Below are positions 1 to 9,718 of a stretch of 32,000 nucleotides of DNA, one piece after another. The translations under genes and the position numbers were made by a program. The first letter of the stretch is position 1; every line of letters starts with the position of its first letter. The notes under the pieces are model-generated. The model was not told where the DNA came from. It worked only from the letters and a program-made list of their open reading frames with translations, and did no database searches. Origin of the DNA: Dysgonomonas gadei ATCC BAA-286 (GTDB taxonomy: Bacteria; Bacteroidota; Bacteroidia; Bacteroidales; Dysgonomonadaceae); NCBI RefSeq assembly GCF_000213555.1, contig NZ_GL891988.1, forward strand, positions 77,823 to 109,822, written 5' to 3'.

Positions 1-1077
1 GCCCGCTCTGCATTGGTACAATTTGCTCTCTATGGCGGTTATTTTGTGATGGGTATTCCCGCCGGACTGATAATAAAAAAATATGGGTATAAGAAAGGAA
101 TTGTTTTCGGGTTACTGGTCTTCGCTGTCGGAGCATTTCTCTTTTATCCGGCAACATTGATCAAGACATTCCTTCCTTTTCTTATAGCCCTGTTTGTCAT
201 TGCCTGTGGGCTGACCTGCCTTGAAACGGCAGCCAATCCTTATACAACGGTTTTAGGCCCTGCCCAATCGGGGGCAAGGCGTATCAATCTGGCTCAATCC
301 TTTAATGGCCTGGGCTGGATATTAGGCCCTTTGGTGGGAGGATTACTTATCTTTTCGGATAAAGGCGACCCTTTTGCGGCATTGGCGACACCTTATATCG
401 GTATCGGGGTGGTTGTATTGCTTATCGCCGTACTGTTTATACGCACTCCTTTGCCGCAAATAGCCGCAGGAGAAACGGAAATTTCTGAAAATACGGTGAC
501 AACAAAAGCCAAAAGCTGTTATAAAGACTTGTTGAAATATCCCCTTTTTATATTCGCTGTTGTGGCGCAGTTCTTTTATGTGGCCGGGCAGACCGGTATA
601 GGCAGCTTCTTTATCAATTATGTAATTGAGGTACGTCCCGATATATCGCATCTGGAGGCTTCCCAGATACTCGCATTCGGAGGGATGGGTATGTTTATGG
701 TCGGTCGAATATCGGGAAGTTATATGATGAAATTTTTTAATCCTAAGAAATTACTGGCTGTATATTCTGTAATGAATATCTTGCTGATGATTGTTGTGGT
801 TATGGGATTGGGTATGATGTCGGTAGTATGCCTGTTTGCATCATATTTCTTTATGTCGATCATGTACCCTACAATATTTGCGATAGGCATAAGCGGATTG
901 AAAGAGAATACAGAGAAGGGCTCTTCCCTTATCGTGATGGCTGTAGCCGGAGGTGCAGTTATCCCTATGCTGATGGGGCGTATAGCAGATTTATATTCTA
1001 TGGCTGCCGGATTTATAATTCCGTTGGTTTGCTTTACGGTGATATTCGCTTTCGGGGTGAGTAAACTGAAGAATTAA
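1..1077 (+). CDS. MFS transporter, FucP-like (sugar:H+ symporter family), 5' truncated by window edge
   Basis: Frame is open from base 1 (ARSALVQFALYGGYFVMGIPAGLIIKKYGYKKG...). The TTG at 13 is probably not the true start. FYxGYF/GlyLIxKKxGYKKG and NPY motifs with multiple TM segments fit the FucP/NagP/GluP family. Confidence 0.9.
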   Translation, partial: ARSALVQFALYGGYFVMGIPAGLIIKKYGYKKGIVFGLLVFAVGAFLFYPATLIKTFLPFLIALFVIACGLTCLETAANPYTTVLGPAQSGARRINLAQSFNGLGWILGPLVGGLLIFSDKGDPFAALATPYIGIGVVVLLIAVLFIRTPLPQIAAGETEISENTVTTKAKSCYKDLLKYPLFIFAVVAQFFYVAGQTGIGSFFINYVIEVRPDISHLEASQILAFGGMGMFMVGRISGSYMMKFFNPKKLLAVYSVMNILLMIVVVMGLGMMSVVCLFASYFFMSIMYPTIFAIGISGLKENTEKGSSLIVMAVAGGAVIPMLMGRIADLYSMAAGFIIPLVCFTVIFAFGVSKLKN

Positions 1078-1418
1078 AGATTTATTTCTTTCATCGGGTT
1101 CCAGAATACGGATTTCCAGTTCTTTATCCTGTCGTTGACTACAATGACACCTTCGGCTTCAAGCAGCTTTTGCATTTCCCCGGAATTACCGAAAGCTTCT
1201 TTTGCAGACAATATCCCGCTGCTATTGACTACACGGTGGGCAGGAATACTGCTTTTAACGGAATCGCATTCACCCATAACACGCCCTACCATCCTCGACA
1301 TATTAGGATAGCTGATGGCTTTAGCTATGGCTCCATAACTGGTTGCCCGCCCGTAAGGTATCATTCTGACAATCTCATAGACGGCTTCGGTAAAATCTTC
1401 TTTATCGAGTTTAGACAT
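1074..1418 (-). CDS. MGMT-like DNA-binding protein, alkyltransferase-like (ATL) type
   Basis: 114 aa with IPYGRATSYGAIA, MVGRVMG and IPAHRVVNSSG. The PCHRV motif of O6-alkylguanine transferases is present with Ala replacing Cys. Converges on and overlaps the stop of the MFS gene. Confidence 0.88.
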   Translation of the reverse strand: MSKLDKEDFTEAVYEIVRMIPYGRATSYGAIAKAISYPNMSRMVGRVMGECDSVKSSIPAHRVVNSSGILSAKEAFGNSGEMQKLLEAEGVIVVNDRIKNWKSVFWNPMKEINL

Positions 1419-1500
1419 GGTTTAATGTTTATACAAATATAAGATTAAATTCGGATGGATAAATGATGATGTTTTTATAAGAGGTTTATCTATACATAGA

Positions 1501-1960
1501 GTCAATAGCCTTTAGCTATTAGCTGACAGTTCTTTGAAATAATTAATTAGTAAATTAGCATATTAGCAAATGAGTGAAATAGTGTAACCTTTGTTACCTT
1601 TTATTTTTAAACACGGAGTAAAAGGAGTAGCACGGAGTTTTTTTATTTACGGGATGCTTCGCTTCACCTGCTTATGAGTTGATGACTGTTAACTGATATA
1701 TCTGTAACCTTTGTTACCTTTTTGCGCCTTTGCATCTTTGCGAGCGTTATCTCTCATCCCTGATTAATATGAAGTTACAGAGTTTTTAGAAGAAAAAGTG
1801 ACAATAAAAATTGAGTGAAAACTGTCAGGTTTGTCAGGTTTTGTACATTAGCTATCGGCTAACAGCTATCAGCTAATAGCTAAAAATGTGTTACTTTTGT
1901 TACCTTTTGAGGTATAAGATAACACGGCTTTTCGAAACATTTCTTGAGCCCTAATGAAAA
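1501..1960. repeat. Mosaic non-coding intergenic repeat region, copy A
   Basis: Contains GTAACCTTTGTTACCTTTT-like units at 1584-1602, 1704-1723 and 1888-1908, plus CACGGAGTAAAAGGAGTAGCACGGAGTTTTTTTATTTACGGGATGCTTCGCTTCAC, GATGACTGTTAACTG and TGTCAGGTTTGTCAGGTTTTG. Confidence 0.75.
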
Positions 1961-2008
1961 CAGGGGCGCCATATTATGACTACCCCTGCAACAAAGTATA
2001 TTGTGTAA

Positions 2009-4015
2009 TTATTTCCTTGTTATTTTGATTACATAACCTCCACCCGGAGCCATAGATACCGGCAGCTTTTTATTTGACGGAATATCTATTGTTTCTTTCT
2101 TGTAGTCGCGGGCGGCACGGTCGGCATTTATCCCGTCTTTGAATACTTCACCTTTGAAACTGCCTTCCCCTAAGAAAGAAAGGTCTAGTTCCATGTTGCG
2201 GGCATCCCAGTTAGTCATAACACCTACATACCAGGTGTCACCTTTTTGGCGGGCAATAGATAGATATTTTCCTATTTCCCCATTCAATGAGATGGTATTA
2301 TCCCACACTGTGGGTACGGTGGCGATAAACTCTGTACATTCCGGTTCCGACATGTAGTTAGATGGACTATCACATAACATGTTCAGAGGGGATTCGAAGA
2401 TGATGTATTCGGCCAGTTGACGGCAGCGCGTGCCCTGACTCATGGCTTCATTATACACATTTTTGTAATTTCCTTTTGTCGCATTACGCATTGCGCCTTG
2501 TGTATAGTCCATCGGACCTGCTACCTGACGTATAAATGGAATAGTAACATCATAGGTAACCTGATCGAGTTCGGGACCGGACCATTTCAATTGCTCCAGA
2601 CCATTTACTCCTTCAAAGTTGATGACATTCGGATAGGTACGTTGCAATCCGGTTGGCTTGTATGTACCGTGGAAATCTATAAGTACTTTGTATTTAGCTC
2701 CCATTTCAGCTGCACGGCGGTGAAAGTCTACCATGATCTGGTCATCCCTATCCATGAAATCGACTTTAAATCCTTTGATACCCATCTCGCTATAATGCTT
2801 GCAAACCTTTTCCAAGTCCCTGTCGAAAGCATGATATCCGGCCCATAGGATAAGGTCTACATTTTTAGCTTTGGCATAACTTACCAGCTCTGGAAGATTG
2901 ATCTCCGGTATTACCTGAAACAGATCGGCTTTTTTGTTGACAGCCCACCCCTCATCGAGGATTACATATTCAATGCCATATTCAGATGCAAAATCGATAT
3001 AGTATTTATATGTCTCGTTGTTTATACCTGCACGGAAGTCAACACCATACAGATTCCAGTCGTTCCACCAGTCCCAGGCTACTTTTCCGGGTTTTACCCA
3101 GGAATAATCCCCTTGGGAGGGAGTCGCAAGTTTGTATACCATATCACTGTCGGCGAGTTCCGAATCTTTTTCAGCAACAATAACCGCTCTCCATGGGAAG
3201 TTCGTAGGACCATCGGATTTTGCTATAAATGATTCACGTGAATCGACCAATATCTGGAGTTCGTTATGTCCTCCCTGACGCGTATCTTTGGGGTAAGGGG
3301 CGAATACACCTTTCAGGCCGTTCGCTGTTTCAGCCGGATACAAAAACATTCCCGGATAATTCATCAGGTCAGCCTCTGTAATGCAAACCTTTTTTCCTTT
3401 CGCTCCTTCAACTACCAACGGTGAAATACCGAGGCGCTTCTTGTTCCATACAGATAGAGCTATATTGTGATATGGCTGCTCGAACGAGTTGGAGAACTGG
3501 CCCTCAAGAGGTGTGGTTTCCGGTTTGTTTGCATAAGCAACAAATACTTTCTGATCGGCAGGAAAGTTAAACTCAGCTTGTTCATTTTCTATAACAAACG
3601 GTTTCTTTGAGGTAGAGACAAAGCGATAAGCAATACCATCATTATAGGCGCGAAATATAATATTATAATCACCTTTGAACTTTAGAGTCAGTTCATTATA
3701 GTTATCCTCAATTTTATTTCGTTTATAAATAGAAGCGTCAATAATTTGATTTACAGTCTTTACGGATGAGCCGGATAGCTTGGTATTAATACCAAAGGTG
3801 CTGCCATCAGTTAAGGTCATAGACACCGGCGATTTAGCCAGCATTATATCTCCATCATGAGACACTGAATATCCGACTGTTTTGCCCACGCTGATACTGG
3901 CTTCCAGCTTGCCATCAGGAGATTTCAGGGCGAACTGCTTTTGGGCAGTGACTGTCATTGTATAACAGAATAAAAGACAGAATAAAGACAGGATTACCGG
4001 ATTGTTTTTTCTCAT
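2009..4015 (-). CDS. Glycoside hydrolase family 97 (SusB-like/alpha-glucosidase or alpha-galactosidase), secreted
   Basis: Signal peptide followed by SPDGKLEASISVG, SYVILDEGWAV-like, KGFKVDFMDRDDQ, IDFHGTYKPTGLQRTYPNVINFEGVNGLE, and C-terminal KKLPVSMAPGGGYVIKI. These are characteristic of GH97. Confidence 0.93.
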   Translation of the reverse strand: MRKNNPVILSLFCLLFCYTMTVTAQKQFALKSPDGKLEASISVGKTVGYSVSHDGDIMLAKSPVSMTLTDGSTFGINTKLSGSSVKTVNQIIDASIYKRNKIEDNYNELTLKFKGDYNIIFRAYNDGIAYRFVSTSKKPFVIENEQAEFNFPADQKVFVAYANKPETTPLEGQFSNSFEQPYHNIALSVWNKKRLGISPLVVEGAKGKKVCITEADLMNYPGMFLYPAETANGLKGVFAPYPKDTRQGGHNELQILVDSRESFIAKSDGPTNFPWRAVIVAEKDSELADSDMVYKLATPSQGDYSWVKPGKVAWDWWNDWNLYGVDFRAGINNETYKYYIDFASEYGIEYVILDEGWAVNKKADLFQVIPEINLPELVSYAKAKNVDLILWAGYHAFDRDLEKVCKHYSEMGIKGFKVDFMDRDDQIMVDFHRRAAEMGAKYKVLIDFHGTYKPTGLQRTYPNVINFEGVNGLEQLKWSGPELDQVTYDVTIPFIRQVAGPMDYTQGAMRNATKGNYKNVYNEAMSQGTRCRQLAEYIIFESPLNMLCDSPSNYMSEPECTEFIATVPTVWDNTISLNGEIGKYLSIARQKGDTWYVGVMTNWDARNMELDLSFLGEGSFKGEVFKDGINADRAARDYKKETIDIPSNKKLPVSMAPGGGYVIKITRK

Positions 4016-4054
4016 TATTAGTTATATTTGAAGGTTTATTATCCAATTTACAAG

Positions 4055-5140
4055 CTATCTTTTCAGATTAGCAACAAGTCTATTCACGATTTCACACATC
4101 TTACCGTAGTTCTCGTCCATCGACCGCAGTAGTTTATATTGCGCATGTGTGCGTATCAGGTTATGAGTGTCGTTCTTCACTCTGTAATAGTTATCACCGT
4201 CAATGTAATCCATGAGGAAGCGGAGAACCTGCTCGAAGGTAATGTATTTAGCAGAAAAGGCTAAATTCTCTATTTCAGCCGGGGTAAGGAAGGTGATTGC
4301 CTCGGATAGGTAGCCTGCCGTGTATCCTTCAAAGATATCCATCTTGATATACACATTATCCGGATTTTCATCATCTTCTTTACCGGCATTGGTATATGAA
4401 CGGATCGCATCACCATAGTCATTGAGGCACATACTGCTAAGTACTGTATCCAGGTCTATTACACATAATACATTACCTTGTTTGTCAAACAATATATTAC
4501 TGATCTTGGTATCATTGTGCGTAACCCGTACCGGGAGTTCACCAGCTTCGAATTTGTTCCATAAAGCAAGCATTTCGTCGCGACGGCTCTCTATCCATCC
4601 AATCTCTTTTAGCACATGTTTTTTGCGCCCTACCGGGTCTTTTGCCAACACCTCATCCCATTGCTGAAAACGGAACTTCATATTGTGAAAACCAGGTAAT
4701 ATATCGACTAACGGATCCTTCATATCGGCCAGCATGGCTTGAAACTTACCGATTCCTCGTCCCCCTTGTGCAGCTAATGCCGGGGAATCTGCGTAGTCAT
4801 AAGCAATTGTATTATCAATGAATAAACATGCAGCCCAATATTCTCCGTCTTCATCGAGATAGTATAGCTTATTATCCAGCGTAGGTATTATTGTAAGAGC
4901 CTCACGCAAGGGATTTCCACCTTGTTTGATAATCTTTTCTTTGAGGTGGTTGGTAACTTTATGTATGTTATCCATCATGGCAGGAATATCTTTGAAGATA
5001 TTCTTGTTTTTCTTCTGCAGTATATAGTTAGGGCTATTTCCTATAGTTTCTACAAAAAAAGTATCGTTGATAAGTCCTTCGCCTATAGAGCGTATGTCCT
5101 GTACAACCCCGTCGAAAGCAAAGTGTTCTCCTACATTCAT
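4055..5140 (-). CDS. Phosphotransferase of the aminoglycoside phosphotransferase fold, N-acetylhexosamine 1-kinase-like
   Basis: 361 aa with the kinase-like catalytic motif VTHNDTKISNILFD and the metal-binding VIDLDTV. The N-terminus (GLINDTFFVET...YILQKKN) resembles NahK-type kinases. 39 bp upstream of the GH97 gene, same strand. Confidence 0.75.
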   Translation of the reverse strand: MNVGEHFAFDGVVQDIRSIGEGLINDTFFVETIGNSPNYILQKKNKNIFKDIPAMMDNIHKVTNHLKEKIIKQGGNPLREALTIIPTLDNKLYYLDEDGEYWAACLFIDNTIAYDYADSPALAAQGGRGIGKFQAMLADMKDPLVDILPGFHNMKFRFQQWDEVLAKDPVGRKKHVLKEIGWIESRRDEMLALWNKFEAGELPVRVTHNDTKISNILFDKQGNVLCVIDLDTVLSSMCLNDYGDAIRSYTNAGKEDDENPDNVYIKMDIFEGYTAGYLSEAITFLTPAEIENLAFSAKYITFEQVLRFLMDYIDGDNYYRVKNDTHNLIRTHAQYKLLRSMDENYGKMCEIVNRLVANLKR

Positions 5141-5360
5141 CGGCTAGTGGCGTTAATTTAAGATATATAATGCTGGATGCATTTTAAACTAAAGAACAGA
5201 ACGAAGATAGAGGTTTCATTTATATTAACATCTATTTTTTTATATTTTTCTTAGGCCCTATTTAAAAATTAATTGAGAAAAAATTAAAGGGCTTCTATAA
5301 AATTTGACACTGTCTCAAAAAGAGTGTAGATACAACCTTTAAAGATAATGCAGAATATAA

Positions 5361-5694
5361 AGTAAAAGAAAACGGCAGGCTTCCATTTACATTTTCTTAT
5401 TACTAATTGGATTATTGTCGATTACATCTTTCTCTAGATGTAACAACCAGGATGACAGAGGCAATAACAAAGAAATAGAAATATATTTACAACAGTCATT
5501 CCGGTCGGTTGTACCTCCTACATTTGGAAAATTATAGCAAAACATTACAAAGAGTTATACAAGCTTCTTTTAGAAGAAACTCGGCTTTGAAACTAGAATT
5601 TAAATTTTCATTCACGAATAATAGTACCATAGATTCAATTGTTGTTAAATTATTAATATCAAGCAATATCGGCGTTTTGAGTTCAGCCAAGTAA
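5361..5694 (+). pseudogene. Possible decayed small lipoprotein gene (frameshifted, no start codon)
   Basis: Frame from 5361 reads SKRKRQASIYIFLLLIGLLSITSFSRCNNQDDRGNNKEIEIYLQQSFRSVVPPTFGKL* (stop 5535-5537) without ATG/GTG/TTG. The +1 frame ORF 5509-5694 continues as ...LHLENYSKTLQRVIQASFRRNSALKLEFKFSF... Confidence 0.3.
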
Positions 5695-5841
5695 ATATAC
5701 ATTGCTGATACACAAAAAAACTTAACATGATATTAGATATCAATTGCAAGTATGTCGAATCATTTAGCATAAACTATGTTTATATATACAACAAATAAGC
5801 GACTAAATATTAGTCGCTTATTCCGGATTAAATAGTGTTTT

Positions 5842-7422
5842 TTATTTAGGAAGCTCTTTTATCTGATAACTGCTGTTTTGAGTAAATACCCGTCCAAACA
5901 TATCAGTTGCCCGAACCTCTATACGATGTTCTCCCACAGAAAGAGAGCTTGGGATATTAGCGCGCCATAAATGGCGGCATATCTGTGGATTCGATGGTCT
6001 TCTTACAGGTTTCACTTCATTTGAGTAGTCCCAGTCTTGCATATAACGATAATACGCCGGATCATAATCTTCTATTTTTGTCATTTTAGTCCAGGTCCCT
6101 TCATCAACACGATATTCGACGATATCATTATCTGATCCCATAAAGAAATTGGCATATATTCCCGATGTAATCCATCTACCTTTGTAAGGTACCACTTTAG
6201 GGTTATATATGGATATCTGGTAATCGTCAGATTGTCCGGCTACCTTATAATCTAATGTATATCTATCACCCTTTACATTTATAATTGCATATCCTTGGGG
6301 AGTTCCATCACGCATTGTGGATGTTGGCAGACCTTTAGCATTGAGTATCCCCGAATACCAATCGCCACAAGTGGTTCCTACATTATATTCGTGGATTGGT
6401 TTTACTCTATTCAGCCCATCTTCTTTTCCTATAAAATTATGAGACTGAATATGTGTATGGGCAGATAAAACCAATACATTTGGATAATTATTTAACAATG
6501 CGTAAAATCGTAGCCTGTCTGCTTCTCTAAAAGCATCTTTATCTTTCCTATCAAACAAAGGAATATGCATACTGATTATAATGAGATGATCCGGCTGTAC
6601 AAATTTCAGATCATTTTCTACAAATTTCAGTTGATCCTCTCTTAATCCTCCAAGATATCCTTTGCCTGTGACAGGGTTAGGATAAAGAATATCATCCAGC
6701 ACAATGTAATGCGCTTTCCCATAATTGAAAGAATAGTTCGCCGGGCCAAAATTAGATTCAAATGTTTCGTCAGAGAGTATATCTTCCTTGGCATCATAAT
6801 TCATATCATGATTACCAATGACGTTATACCAAGGCAATCTCATTTGTTGTATGGCCTTTTTATATGACAGATGGAGGCTCAGATTGTCTCCGACAAGATC
6901 GCCTAATGTAATCCCAAAACTGAGTCCATTCCTGTTTTTAGCTTCGTCCACAATACCTTTTGTGAAATATTCAACTTCTTGTTCTGAGTAGGTCTGAGAA
7001 TCCCCAAAGATAAATGAAGAATAGATTTCGGGCTCATCGTATTTGATAAGGCCGAAGTCTATTGATTTTGGCAGTTCTCCGGTTGGTTCTACTCCTTTAT
7101 AAAATGAGGCGGGTGATCCTTTAGGTTTATGCATATAATAAGATTTCGGGAAATTATATTCATTGACAGGAATTTTATATCCGGTTGGCTTTATTACAAA
7201 GATGATATTATCATCGCCTACAGGTAAATTATACTGACCTTCGGAATCAGTTAACACGACATCAATTCCGTTTGACACGGCAACATTTGCAATCCCTTTT
7301 TCTTTTTTCTCTTTTTTTTCATTGTTATTTCCGTCTTCAAATACATAGCCTTTTGCTATTTGCTGTGCCGATAAATTTAATAAACTGGCTAGAGATAATG
7401 TAATAAGTAATATACTTTTCAT
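5842..7422 (-). CDS. Calcineurin-like phosphoesterase, exported, with N-terminal Ig-like/CarboxypepD-like and C-terminal metallophos-associated domains
   Basis: Signal peptide (MKSILLITLSLASLLNLSAQ); N-terminal AxGYVFEDGNNN...GIANVAVSNG...VVLTDSEGQYNLP; metallophosphatase motifs FGDSQ, GDLVGDN, GNHD, SAHTHIQ. Confidence 0.92.
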   Translation of the reverse strand: MKSILLITLSLASLLNLSAQQIAKGYVFEDGNNNEKKEKKEKGIANVAVSNGIDVVLTDSEGQYNLPVGDDNIIFVIKPTGYKIPVNEYNFPKSYYMHKPKGSPASFYKGVEPTGELPKSIDFGLIKYDEPEIYSSFIFGDSQTYSEQEVEYFTKGIVDEAKNRNGLSFGITLGDLVGDNLSLHLSYKKAIQQMRLPWYNVIGNHDMNYDAKEDILSDETFESNFGPANYSFNYGKAHYIVLDDILYPNPVTGKGYLGGLREDQLKFVENDLKFVQPDHLIIISMHIPLFDRKDKDAFREADRLRFYALLNNYPNVLVLSAHTHIQSHNFIGKEDGLNRVKPIHEYNVGTTCGDWYSGILNAKGLPTSTMRDGTPQGYAIINVKGDRYTLDYKVAGQSDDYQISIYNPKVVPYKGRWITSGIYANFFMGSDNDIVEYRVDEGTWTKMTKIEDYDPAYYRYMQDWDYSNEVKPVRRPSNPQICRHLWRANIPSSLSVGEHRIEVRATDMFGRVFTQNSSYQIKELPK

Positions 7423-7608
7423 AAAAAAACTATTTATTTTTATTATATTAATAATGATAGTAGTATTAAAAAGAACGTGAAAGATTCTAACTTATCTGGA
7501 TTTTTATTATTGTCAGACTGTAGTACTTCTAACCTTTCACGGATGAGGGTAATCGTAAAAAAAATTACATCCTATCCTTATATTTAATAGTCATATTTAG
7601 GTTTTCAT

Positions 7609-8238
7609 TTATTGTCCAGATGAAATTTCATTAAATAAGCCTGGATCTTTATTCTCATTTTTTTGTTGATACCTTATATTATATAGTTTACTAAGGCTCT
7701 TTTTTATAAATGAATTCGCTGCTTTAGATTTATAATTGACAGTTCTTTCATCAATATTCAAGCATTCGGAAATTTCTTTGATAGACAATTCTTCCTGCCA
7801 AATAAGGGTTATAACTTTCTGATCAATCTCGGGTAATACCTCAAGTATGTTGTTTATCAATTTATTGACCTCCTTAAAATCAAATTCTTCTTCCACGTGT
7901 GTATAATGTACGACGGTTTCTATTTCGTCCATATCTTTTCGGTTTTCACTTCCAGTTAGCTTAAAATAAGAAGATTTCAAATAGTCAAGCATTCTGTAAG
8001 TATAATGATGTAACAGAAAATTGCGGGCAGATCCCTTATCATTCGTTTTTATCAAAGCTGGCTCCGACCACACATTTATCCAAAAATTCTGTGTGATTTC
8101 ATTTGTCAGATTAATATCCCCAGTACGGTTATATGCCCATTTATAAAGTAAATGCTCATACCTATCATAAAATATATTAAAGGCTTGCTCATCTTTTAAA
8201 GCGATAGCCTCTAACAATTCTCTATCAGACATAGTCAT
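7609..8238 (-). CDS. RNA polymerase sigma-70 factor, ECF subfamily
   Basis: 209 aa with region 2 (FNIFYDRYEHLLYKWAYNRTGD...NEITQNFWINVW) and region 4 (LPEIDQKVITLIWQEELSIKEISECLNIDERTVNYKSKAA). Confidence 0.9.
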   Translation of the reverse strand: MTMSDRELLEAIALKDEQAFNIFYDRYEHLLYKWAYNRTGDINLTNEITQNFWINVWSEPALIKTNDKGSARNFLLHHYTYRMLDYLKSSYFKLTGSENRKDMDEIETVVHYTHVEEEFDFKEVNKLINNILEVLPEIDQKVITLIWQEELSIKEISECLNIDERTVNYKSKAANSFIKKSLSKLYNIRYQQKNENKDPGLFNEISSGQ

Positions 8239-8497
8239 AATGATTTGGTATATTCCGGATGTAAATGTATTTCTTATATATTACGGGACTGTTAAGAAAA
8301 CAAAAATTATAAATAAATATTTTTTTGATAAGAACGTGTTTGGTAAAATATTGTAATATAGTATGATATGCTGTTGTTGCAAATTTGAAACAATCACTTA
8401 ACAGTTTTGTTGCCCGATCTGACAACGCTTGACTCGTTTATCTTTATAGAAGGGGGTGAATTCCTGCAAAGAAAATATAGCCCCACAAAATAAAGAA

Positions 8498-9541
8498 ATG
8501 AATAAAATAGATCACAGAAAGAAGCAATCGCATCTGGAGTATTTAAAAAAACTGCTCCTGATATCTCGCATATTCGAACTTTTTACTCAGGGTAAATTGG
8601 ACCGGGATAGTGAAAAGTTGGTCGAAGACTGGAATCCGGAAGATACCACCGAATATTATAAAGGAAACGAAGAATTGTTGGCAGAGGGGCGTAAACAAGC
8701 TAAAGAAAACATATTTTCAATACTTGGTATCCATAATCCGGATAAAAAGAAAAAAACACCAGTCTTTTTTATATACTTGCATAAATATGCAGTAGTTGCG
8801 GCTATTCTGATTATTGCTATCTTTTCAGGAATATATACAATTGATAAATTCTCAAATCAAAAGAGTAATCTCCTTTCAAATAATAACTTTAGTAGCCTGC
8901 TTTGCCAGACAGACAGCTATGAAATAAAACAAATAACATTACCTGACGGAACAATCCTGCATGCTAACCGCAACAGCAGGATATTATATATCGAACAAGA
9001 ATATAACCTTAGCAAACGTGAAATATGGATTGAGGACGGAGAAGCCTTCTTTGAGGTCGCTAAGAACCCTGAAAAACCCTTTATTATACATTCCGGAGAT
9101 ATACAAACCACTGTTAAAGGCACATCTTTTAATGTAAAAGCATATAAGGGAATCAGGAAAAATGAGGTTTCGGTACGTTCCGGCAAGGTCGAAGTGATTT
9201 GCGGTGATAAAAAAATAGGGACATTGGTTGCCAATCAACAAATTACCTATGATACACAGACCGGAGAATACAATGAAAGCTCCGGTAACTGGCAGGACGC
9301 AGCTGCCTGGATGCAAAATCGGCTGGTACTGAAGCAGGCAAATGTAGATGAACTGAGACTGAGGCTGAAACAGGTTTATGGTATAGATCTGGTCATTACA
9401 GGAGGAATTCTGGAACAAAATCATTTTAATGCATCTTATCCAAGAGATGCACAGATTGGGAATGTTTTACAAAACATTTCTGAAGTATACGATGTGAAAT
9501 ATAAGTTCGAAAACCCACAAAGAGTTATCATTTACAAATAG
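8498..9541 (+). CDS. FecR-family anti-sigma factor
   Basis: Single TM segment; ITLPDGTILHANRNSRILY...REIWIEDGEAFFEVAKNPEKPFIIHSGDIQTTVKGTSFNVKAY is typical FecR. Divergent from the ECF sigma gene. ORF can extend to GTG at 8456, but ATG at 8498 is the likely start. Confidence 0.93.
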   Translation: MNKIDHRKKQSHLEYLKKLLLISRIFELFTQGKLDRDSEKLVEDWNPEDTTEYYKGNEELLAEGRKQAKENIFSILGIHNPDKKKKTPVFFIYLHKYAVVAAILIIAIFSGIYTIDKFSNQKSNLLSNNNFSSLLCQTDSYEIKQITLPDGTILHANRNSRILYIEQEYNLSKREIWIEDGEAFFEVAKNPEKPFIIHSGDIQTTVKGTSFNVKAYKGIRKNEVSVRSGKVEVICGDKKIGTLVANQQITYDTQTGEYNESSGNWQDAAAWMQNRLVLKQANVDELRLRLKQVYGIDLVITGGILEQNHFNASYPRDAQIGNVLQNISEVYDVKYKFENPQRVIIYK

Positions 9542-9718
9542 TACACACAATAGGGATATAACAGTTGATAGTCCCCTTTTGATTATTGGATTTTTTTACA
9601 AACAGAGTTTTTCTAAGAAGAAGAACGGCCATTTCCTTGTCTTATTTTATACAAGAATGAATCAATTTGAATATCTAATATATAGCTAAGTAACAAAAAA
9701 AAGAAGAGAAAATAACAA

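Noticed and set aside
343-651. Short antisense ORF (102 aa) inside the MFS gene
   Set aside because: Lies fully opposite a well-supported transporter CDS and has no recognisable domain; shadow ORF.
2139-3183. Plus-strand ORFs at 2139-2357, 2417-2848 and 2986-3183
   Set aside because: All sit antisense to the GH97 gene and read as low-confidence shadow translations.
5290-5345. Possible IS terminal-repeat-like string TGACACTGTCTCAAAAAGAGTGTAGAT
   Set aside because: No matching opposite end, transposase fragment or target duplication was seen in the gap.
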